Assembly (NCBI GenBank): GCA_028704885.1
Contig: JAQWEN010000001.1
Span: 222,679 to 286,678, forward strand
Length of the DNA: 64,000 bases
Reading direction: 5' to 3'
Origin: Candidatus Shapirobacteria bacterium
Lineage (GTDB): Bacteria; Patescibacteriota; Microgenomatia; UBA12405
In this document: positions 57,256-64,000 of the stretch, piece after piece
Position numbering within the stretch: position 1 is the first letter of the stretch
Layout of the letters: every line of letters begins with the position of its first letter
Notes under the pieces: model-generated
Seen by the model: the letters and a program-made list of their open reading frames with translations, nothing else
Told to the model about the DNA's origin: nothing
Database searches by the model: none
Made by a program: the position numbers and the translations under genes

Positions 57256-57745
57256 TATCTTGATTTTGAATGAGAAATTCCCCTGCCTTGATGATGGCTC
57301 TTAAGAGTAAATCGATTCTATCTTCGGCTTCATTTCGGGATAAATTTTGAGAAGTGCCAGGAAAATAATGAAAAATTTCGTTTCGGCCAAATTTCCAGGC
57401 GTCCCAAAGATTTTCGGCTAATTCTTCTCCGTTTTCATGAATGTCGGATAGCTTTTGAAAAACAGAAAATCTTTTATAGCGAAGGGATGGATTTAGGGTT
57501 TTACCAACTCTGAATCGGTCACTTTCATAATCATTTTCAGAAATTATGCCTATTTTAAGGAAAAAATCTTTTAAAAAACCTTCATAAGCTTTGGAGATTG
57601 GAGCAACAAAAAAGGCATAATCATTAATATGATCCTCTAATTTCATTTTTAGAATAATTGTTTCAACATCAGTTAAAAGATTCTGTTGCTGCGGGGTTAA
57701 AAACTTTTTGGCTTCGTCAAAAAGTTGGGGTGATGACATAATCAT
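57224..57745 (-). CDS. HEPN-domain protein, RnlA-toxin C-terminal-like
   Basis: DYAFFVAP..KAYEGFLK helix and RNEIFH (R-x4-H) motif. Confidence 0.6.
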   Translation of the reverse strand: MIMSSPQLFDEAKKFLTPQQQNLLTDVETIILKMKLEDHINDYAFFVAPISKAYEGFLKDFFLKIGIISENDYESDRFRVGKTLNPSLRYKRFSVFQKLSDIHENGEELAENLWDAWKFGRNEIFHYFPGTSQNLSRNEAEDRIDLLLRAIIKAGEFLIQNQDIIRRSKTSFH

Positions 57746-58305
57746 GCTTTAGATTTTACAAGAAGAAAAAGGAAAATAGTGAAGAGAATAATAAAAACTA
57801 TCAAATATTTTTTTAGAAATTTGATTGGCAATTGTTTTTCTTCTCGGGCAAAAAGCCAATCTTGAAGAAATTTGGGATTTTTGAAATAATCTTTAATTTC
57901 ATCGGTTAATAAATGTAAATTTACAGCTAAGAGAAAAGAAAGAATAAAGGTGTTTGAATAAGAATTGAAGATAAAAAAAGATATTAAAGTAAGTCCAATT
58001 TGAAAAAAATAATGATGAAAAATTAAATTATTATGACTAGATCTGGCAGCTTTAATTAATTTATATACTGATTTGAAATCCTTGTTTTCGATGGTGGTTT
58101 TAACAATTCGACTTTCATCGGTGTTGGGTTTGCGATAAAACCAATAAATAATATGGTCAATATCTAAGAAAAAAGTGCCTAAAATTAGGCCAACTAAAAG
58201 ATAAATAATTTCAATATTAGAAACACCAAAGACAACCCAAAAAAGGGAAACTATTATAAAAACAACAAAAGCTGGTAATAGACGAAAAAGTAAATCTCGT
58301 TTCAC
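57742..58305 (-). CDS. Membrane-bound metal-dependent hydrolase-like protein
   Basis: DIDH, FHH and HLLTD motifs in TM segments. Confidence 0.65.
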   Translation of the reverse strand: MKRDLLFRLLPAFVVFIIVSLFWVVFGVSNIEIIYLLVGLILGTFFLDIDHIIYWFYRKPNTDESRIVKTTIENKDFKSVYKLIKAARSSHNNLIFHHYFFQIGLTLISFFIFNSYSNTFILSFLLAVNLHLLTDEIKDYFKNPKFLQDWLFAREEKQLPIKFLKKYLIVFIILFTIFLFLLVKSKA

Positions 58306-58328
58306 TAATTAATGATAGCAGATTGGTT

Positions 58329-59552
58329 TTACTCATATCTAAGGGCTTCGATGGGAGAAAGTTTAGAAGCTTTACGAGCTGGAGCAACACCAAAGATAAT
58401 ACCGACGGCAGAAGAAACACCAAAGGCCAAAAGAATGGAAGAAATGGTAATTTTGGCGGGAAAGAAACTGTTAATAGCAACGGTGCCAAGGCTACCAAGA
58501 ATGACACCGACCAAACCGCCAAAACAAGAAAGAATAACGGCTTCAATTAAAAATTGAATAAGAATAGCTCGAGGATAAGCACCAATAGCTTTTCGGAGAC
58601 CGATTTCGCGAGTGCGTTCAGTGACAGAAACTAACATAATATTCATAATGCCAACTCCGCCAACAACCAAGGAAATAGCAGCAATACCAGTAAGGGCAAT
58701 GGTTAAAACACTAATAATGGAATTAATAGAACTTAAAAGTTGAGAACTGTCAAAAACAGAAAAGGCATCAGAATCATATTTTTCTAACATGACTTTAGTG
58801 ATTTCTTTTTTAGTAGAGGCAATTAAATCTTTATTAGGAGCTTTAACCACAAAAGTATTAATATTGTCGTTACCAGCTAGATCAGAAACAACCGAAAATG
58901 GGGCATAAACAGCATCATCGACACTTGGTCCACCCATAGAAGCACCTTTTTGATCAACAACGCCGATTACTTTTAGAGTTTTACCTTTGATAATAACTTT
59001 TTTGCCGATAGCGGTTGATTTGGGAAAAAGAGTTTGAGCAATTTTGTAGCCCAAAACAACGACAGGAGTTTTTTTATCATTTTCTTCATTGGTAAACCAA
59101 TGGCCATTACCATCAGATGGAACCACATTATTACTTTTACCGTATTCTTCGGTTGAGCCGTCAATTTCAGTAGTTTTTTTAATAGCGTAACTTGACTTGA
59201 TATCAGCATAAGCAGCATTGACGGGCATAATGATAGTGTTTTTAAGTTTTCGGTTAAGAAGATTAAAATCTTTTTGGGTAAAACTAGTGGTCATAGCTGT
59301 AGTCATACTGCTTTGAGAAAAACCACCATTATCATTAAAAATTTTACCTGGACTAATAAAAATAGAATTGGCACCGAGAGCGTCAAATTGTTGGGTGACA
59401 TAGTTTTTAAGACCGTTACCAATAGAGGTGAGTAAAATGACAGAGGTAACACCGATAATAATTCCAAGTGAAGTTAAAATTGTTCGGCTTTTGTTTTTTA
59501 AAATCGATCGAAAACTGGATCTTAGAAGATCACTAAATGAAGGTTTGAGCAT
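58329..59552 (-). CDS. MacB/FtsX-type ABC permease
   Basis: GIIIGV, GGVGIMNIMLVSVTERTREIG, PIEALRYE. Confidence 0.94.
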   Translation of the reverse strand: MLKPSFSDLLRSSFRSILKNKSRTILTSLGIIIGVTSVILLTSIGNGLKNYVTQQFDALGANSIFISPGKIFNDNGGFSQSSMTTAMTTSFTQKDFNLLNRKLKNTIIMPVNAAYADIKSSYAIKKTTEIDGSTEEYGKSNNVVPSDGNGHWFTNEENDKKTPVVVLGYKIAQTLFPKSTAIGKKVIIKGKTLKVIGVVDQKGASMGGPSVDDAVYAPFSVVSDLAGNDNINTFVVKAPNKDLIASTKKEITKVMLEKYDSDAFSVFDSSQLLSSINSIISVLTIALTGIAAISLVVGGVGIMNIMLVSVTERTREIGLRKAIGAYPRAILIQFLIEAVILSCFGGLVGVILGSLGTVAINSFFPAKITISSILLAFGVSSAVGIIFGVAPARKASKLSPIEALRYE

Positions 59553-60259
59553 TATTTTTCCTCCAATATTTTACCGTCTTTAATAATAATGGTGCGGTTA
59601 GCTTGTTTGGCCAGATCCATGTCGTGGGTAACAAAAATAATGGTTCTCCCCTCTTTTTCGTTTAACTGATGAAAAAATTTCATGACTTCAGCTCCGGATT
59701 TACTGTCAAGATTACCAGTAGGTTCATCGGCAAGAATTATTTGAGGATTGTTGATTAAAGCTCTGGCGATGGCGACCCGTTGTTGTTGACCACCAGAAAG
59801 TTGAGCAGGAGTGTTAGAAGCTTTATTTTCAAGTCCTACTTTGATTAACATTTCTATTCCCATTTGATGTCTGACGTTTTTAGGAACATCTGAATAAAGA
59901 AGAGGTAATAAGACATTTTCAAGAGAAGATGTTTTGGCTAATAAATTGAATTGTTGGAAAACAAAACCTAAAGTAACATTTCTAATTTGAGCTAACTGAT
60001 GTTCTTTGAGTCGAGAAATGTTTTTGCCGTTTAATAAAACTTCACCGGAAGTGGGGTTATCAAGAAGACCAACAATATGCATTAAAGTTGATTTACCAGA
60101 TCCTGAGGGACCAGTAATAGAAACAAATTCGCCTTGATGAATTTTTAAACTAACGTTATCCAGGGCGGTAAAACAATTGGTCCCAGTGGCGTAGGTTTTA
60201 GTAATATTTTTTAATTCCAAAATAACATTGGAATTATTTTTTGATGACGATTTGGTCAT
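59552..60259 (-). CDS. ABC transporter ATP-binding protein (LolD/MacB-type)
   Basis: GPSGSGKST, LSGGQQQR, ADEPTGNLD. Confidence 0.96.
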   Translation of the reverse strand: MTKSSSKNNSNVILELKNITKTYATGTNCFTALDNVSLKIHQGEFVSITGPSGSGKSTLMHIVGLLDNPTSGEVLLNGKNISRLKEHQLAQIRNVTLGFVFQQFNLLAKTSSLENVLLPLLYSDVPKNVRHQMGIEMLIKVGLENKASNTPAQLSGGQQQRVAIARALINNPQIILADEPTGNLDSKSGAEVMKFFHQLNEKEGRTIIFVTHDMDLAKQANRTIIIKDGKILEEK

Positions 60260-61265
60260 TTTCAGTAATTCCTTCTAAAATTTCAACTTCAGTGTCAGTT
60301 TCGATTCCTATCTTGACAGTTTTTTTAATGATTTTTTTATTTTGATCGATAGTAAGGACATAATTTTGATCTTGTTCTTGAGAAATTGCTTCAATAGGTA
60401 AGGTTAAGGCATTAGAAATTTCTTTTAAAATAATATCGACATCGCCGTCCATACCTAAACGGTAAAGTAAATCTTCATTTTCTTTTGGTAATTCAAATCG
60501 AACTTCATAAACAGTTGAACTTTCTCCAATAACAGGAATAAAGGAAATATAAGTGATTTTTGATTCGAAAACTTTATCAGGAAAACTGTCGATAATAATT
60601 TTAGCCTTGTCGCCGACTTTAATTTTAACTACATCTTCTTGATCAATTTTAGATTTGAAATAAATACTTTGAGGATCAACGACAGAAATAATATTATTGG
60701 CCGGAGTAACATTAATTCCAGAATCTGGTTGATCAACAGCGACGACAATACCAGAGATTGGACTGAATAGATTAGAGTATTTAATGGCTAAATCACCTAA
60801 TTCATAACTGGCGACAGAATTATTAAGAGTGTTTTGTGATCTTTCAAGAATTCTTTTGATTTCAGTAGTAATGACAGAATCTTTATATTGATCGTTAGTG
60901 TCGTAAAAACTGGAGGATGTAGTTTTGTAATTATTGAAATCAATTTCAAGTTGTTTTTTTAATAAATCTTTATTGAGGCTGGCAACTGATTGATATTTTT
61001 TAACTTTATCGCCAACTTTGACTCCAATCCAGGCTAATTGGCCACTGGTTTGAAATTTTAATTCAGCCTTGGAAGCAGCATTGATTGATCCAGCCAAAGT
61101 TATGACTTCGGTTAAATTCTTTTTTTCAGGATTAATTAAAGTTTCAGTTTTGGAGTTAAATTTTTGACTGTCGTTTTTAGCTTTGATTTTAAAGCCAATA
61201 AATAAGGCAATTAAAATAACAACAACGACAATAATAATTTTGAAATGTTTTTTGAAAAATGACAT
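60234..61265 (-). CDS. Efflux periplasmic adaptor (MacA-like)
   Basis: TM, VKVGDKVK, SPISGIV, LGMDGDV. Confidence 0.9.
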   Translation of the reverse strand: MSFFKKHFKIIIVVVVILIALFIGFKIKAKNDSQKFNSKTETLINPEKKNLTEVITLAGSINAASKAELKFQTSGQLAWIGVKVGDKVKKYQSVASLNKDLLKKQLEIDFNNYKTTSSSFYDTNDQYKDSVITTEIKRILERSQNTLNNSVASYELGDLAIKYSNLFSPISGIVVAVDQPDSGINVTPANNIISVVDPQSIYFKSKIDQEDVVKIKVGDKAKIIIDSFPDKVFESKITYISFIPVIGESSTVYEVRFELPKENEDLLYRLGMDGDVDIILKEISNALTLPIEAISQEQDQNYVLTIDQNKKIIKKTVKIGIETDTEVEILEGITENDQIVIKK

Positions 61266-61291
61266 AGAGATACTATTATACTACAGACAGG

Positions 61292-61585
61292 CTATTTCTT
61301 CTCTTTTCTTAATTCCTTTAACTTCCACATAAAAAGTTTATATGGAGTTTTGATGGTACCGGGATTTTGATCTTTAACAAAATAACGGGCTTTTTCCAAA
61401 ATATCTCTGGGAGTATTTTTAGCCAATCGAAGGTAGAGAGAACGATTTTTCCAATCATCTAATTCCTTGGCAAGATCTAAACCATAGGCTTGAAATTCAT
61501 TTTTGACATATTTACCTCTTTTTTCTAAAGTTTCTTTAAATTTAAATAATTGATCACTAATTAATGTTGGTTGATTTTTGGTCAT
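61292..61585 (-). CDS. Hypothetical protein
   Basis: 97-aa ORF with ATGA overlap to the upstream gene. Confidence 0.7.
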   Translation of the reverse strand: MTKNQPTLISDQLFKFKETLEKRGKYVKNEFQAYGLDLAKELDDWKNRSLYLRLAKNTPRDILEKARYFVKDQNPGTIKTPYKLFMWKLKELRKEKK

Positions 61586-63111
61586 TTGTCTTGGAGATAT
61601 AGGATGTAAGCTTGGCCGTCGGTTAGGAAATTATTACCGCTTTTTTTAGTACCATAACTTAAACCAGTCATATCGATTTTTTCAGATGATTTAACGAAAC
61701 CATTTTTTTCGAGATCAGACTTAAGTTCTTCTCTTTCTTTGTCGACAATTAATTCAGTGCTATGGATTGGTAAAATTAAAAAGCCTTTCTTTTGAATTGA
61801 TTGATCAAAATGAGCGGTACCGACCCAGATTGATTGACCATCTGGAGTGATAAAAGAAGTTTCCCAAAAATGAATGTGATGACGGGAACTGGCTAGATTT
61901 TCAAGGGTGGGTTTACCAAAACCAATATCGTTGGAACGAGTGTCCCAAAAAACGGGAAGACCGGGAGTAGTAGGATAAGACTCTTTTTTAATAACAGCTT
62001 CGACTATTTTTAAACTAGTTTTAAGACTGATTTTATCTAATAAAAACCAACCAGAACTAACAAAGGCTTTATTTAAAGTTTCTTGATTGGCAATAACAAT
62101 TATATTAATTGGTTCGGCGGGAGCACCAGTTATAGTTTCGCTGATTTTTGGTAGATTAGCGAATAATTTATTATCGATTTGGTTTGTTTGAATAATGGTT
62201 TTTGGATTAGAAATAACATCTATTTGTTTTAATGGATGGGTTAAATAAAAACGTCTAATGAAAATGAAAAACAAAACAATAAGCAAAAGACTAATTTTGA
62301 CAACAGTTTTATGTTTTAGATGAGGCGGATGAATAATTTTAGGGTTGAATTTTTTCTTAATATGAGAAATAGTAATAATGAGAGTTAACCAAGCTAGGCC
62401 AGAGGCAAAACTGGCTAAAACATCTGATGGCCAATGGGCACCAAGATAAATTCTGGAAGCTCCTATTAATAGAATAAGAATTATTCCTAAAACTAAAGTT
62501 AAAATTTTAAGCCATTTTCTTTTTAAGCTTTCGAAGATAAAAAAGGTAATTAGGCCATAAAAGGCTATAGCGACAAAACTGTGACCACTAGGAAAACTAT
62601 AACTATTTTCAATAACAAGAGATTCGGCTAATGGAGGGCGTGGTCTTTCGATAATATTTTTAATAATCCAAACAAAAAGTTCACCACCAAGGACAAAAAT
62701 TAAAAGGCTTCGAAAATAAGACCATTTGCGAAGTAAAAATAAAATAATTAGAGAAAAAATAACAGCTACGGTTATAATTTCGCCTTTAGCCAAATAGGTA
62801 ATAAAAAGCATGAATTGATTGACGCCTGGGCTGCGAAAATGACTAACTAGATTTATGATTCTGGGGTCAGCTCGAACTAAAGGGTCTTGACCAATATAGT
62901 CTTGGATAATACCGAAAAATAAATAGATAAAGAAAAAGGTAATTAAACTGCCAATGGTTAAATAAAGACCGTATTTTTCGCTGGGGGTAAGGCGTTTTTT
63001 AATAAAATTAAAAAAACGAGGATATTTGTGGCGGAGACGTTGAACTTCAGGATCATTTTTGATGCCGTGACCAACTGATTTAAAAACTGATTTAAATATA
63101 TTTTTCACCAT
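61582..63111 (-). CDS. PAP2 phosphatase fused to LssY-like C-terminal domain
   Basis: K..IERPRP, SFPSGH, SRIYLGAHWPSD; EPINI..RHHIHFW. Confidence 0.88.
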   Translation of the reverse strand: MVKNIFKSVFKSVGHGIKNDPEVQRLRHKYPRFFNFIKKRLTPSEKYGLYLTIGSLITFFFIYLFFGIIQDYIGQDPLVRADPRIINLVSHFRSPGVNQFMLFITYLAKGEIITVAVIFSLIILFLLRKWSYFRSLLIFVLGGELFVWIIKNIIERPRPPLAESLVIENSYSFPSGHSFVAIAFYGLITFFIFESLKRKWLKILTLVLGIILILLIGASRIYLGAHWPSDVLASFASGLAWLTLIITISHIKKKFNPKIIHPPHLKHKTVVKISLLLIVLFFIFIRRFYLTHPLKQIDVISNPKTIIQTNQIDNKLFANLPKISETITGAPAEPINIIVIANQETLNKAFVSSGWFLLDKISLKTSLKIVEAVIKKESYPTTPGLPVFWDTRSNDIGFGKPTLENLASSRHHIHFWETSFITPDGQSIWVGTAHFDQSIQKKGFLILPIHSTELIVDKEREELKSDLEKNGFVKSSEKIDMTGLSYGTKKSGNNFLTDGQAYILYLQDK

Positions 63112-63112
63112 G

Positions 63113-63183
63113 TGGACCTAGGCGGACTCGAACCGCCAACGACTCAGTGCGACTGAGCTGTTTTACCATTAGACTATGGGCCC
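63113..63183 (-). tRNA. tRNA-Ala(CGC)
   Basis: GGGCCCA/TAGGTCC acceptor with G3:U70; GCTCA-GTCGCAC-TGAGT. Confidence 0.88.
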
Positions 63184-63196
63184 TTTTAATTAGATT

Positions 63197-63733
63197 TTAG
63201 ATCGTAGAGGTTAGATCATCGATCTTTTTAATTATTTCTGGGGTGATGTTATTTATTACAACTAACTCTTCTTTTGAAAAAGGTTGAAGAACATAATCTT
63301 CAACGGGAATATTATTTTGGGATTTACCAATGCCGATTCTAATACGGTTAAATTGTTGAGTGTTTAAATTTTCAATGATAGATTTGATGCCATTGTGGCC
63401 GGCTGGTCCACGATCGAATTGGATTTTATATTCGCCGACTGGTAAATCGAGATCATCATGAATTATATAAATGTCACTTGGGGAAATTTTATAAAAATTG
63501 GCAATTTTTTGAACGGTCAAACCAGAATTATTCATGTAGTCGGTAGAGATAGCAAAAATATTTTTATTAATCCCCTGCCCGGTTTCACAAATTTGAGCTA
63601 ATAAAGAAGATTTTTCAGAGAATGAATTATTTAATTCGGATTTAACATAATTGATGATTATGTTTTGGCCTAAATTATGGCGAGTATTTTGATATTTTTT
63701 ATCAGGATTGCCTAAACCAACGATTAGTTTCAT
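63197..63733 (-). CDS. pth: Peptidyl-tRNA hydrolase
   Basis: VGLGNP, TRHN, HDDLD, GHNG. Confidence 0.96.
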   Translation of the reverse strand: MKLIVGLGNPDKKYQNTRHNLGQNIIINYVKSELNNSFSEKSSLLAQICETGQGINKNIFAISTDYMNNSGLTVQKIANFYKISPSDIYIIHDDLDLPVGEYKIQFDRGPAGHNGIKSIIENLNTQQFNRIRIGIGKSQNNIPVEDYVLQPFSKEELVVINNITPEIIKKIDDLTSTI

Positions 63734-63835
63734 AAGATATTCTATCATCGATAAATGATGCAATTTGTTATAGATAGATGCTTATTTATACCCTAAAGTA
63801 AGGGAAAAGTAAAATGAGTAGTTATTTTAGCAGTC

Positions 63836-64000
63836 TTAACGTTCGACTGCTAATGATTCAAATTCAATTTCTGATATTATTTTTGTACCAAACTTGCGGG
63901 CATTTATAAATTTACTAGAGTTAGATTCTTCTTCATTGGTAATTAAATAGTTGGTATTAGAAGAAACTGATGAAGATATTTGGCCTCCCAAGGAGATTAT
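63836..64000 (-). CDS. ligA: BRCT C-terminus, probably NAD-dependent DNA ligase (partial)
   Basis: Hand translation IISLGGQISSSVSSNTNYLITN...SKFINARKFGTKIISEIEF. Confidence 0.75.
   Translation of the reverse strand: MISLGGQISSSVSSNTNYLITNEEESNSSKFINARKFGTKIISEIEFESLAVER

Noticed and set aside
58217-58557. Overlapping ORFs 58217-58546, 58312-58557 and 58323-58550
   Set aside because: Shadows of the ABC permease 3' end

Overview
AT-rich chromosomal segment using the standard genetic code. Gene content and style point by inference to a Patescibacteria/CPR bacterium, probably Microgenomates: single-pass Thr/Pro-linker surface proteins, a stand-alone VirD4-like ATPase and shortened translation factors. 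Most of it is housekeeping: rpmG, rpmB, rpsB-tsf, frr, rpsU, rpsF-ssb-rpsR, rpmE-prfA, cysS, hisS, fmt/def, mreB-mrdA, topA, gyrBA, dnaX-ybaB-recR, dnaB, pta, epmAB, a MacAB-like ABC exporter, pth, the ligA 3' end and six tRNAs. No transposase, prophage or CRISPR array was seen. The main oddities are: (1) a four-gene cohesin-dockerin surface operon with no CAZymes and with cysteine-rich, defensin-like cargo; (2) an ~880-bp structured intergenic region before a Xer recombinase, holding a 28-bp dif-like site, flanking inverted repeats and direct repeats, while codon strand bias does not appear to flip there; (3) a CCTA-N4-TAGG motif shared by the xer, gyrB, pta and histone-like micro-gene upstream regions; (4) an unannotated 33-aa lysine-rich histone-like ORF; (5) pervasive leaderless gene starts; (6) REP palindromes and 7-bp repeats translated inside core genes. 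All calls were made by eye from motifs; no database searches were run.
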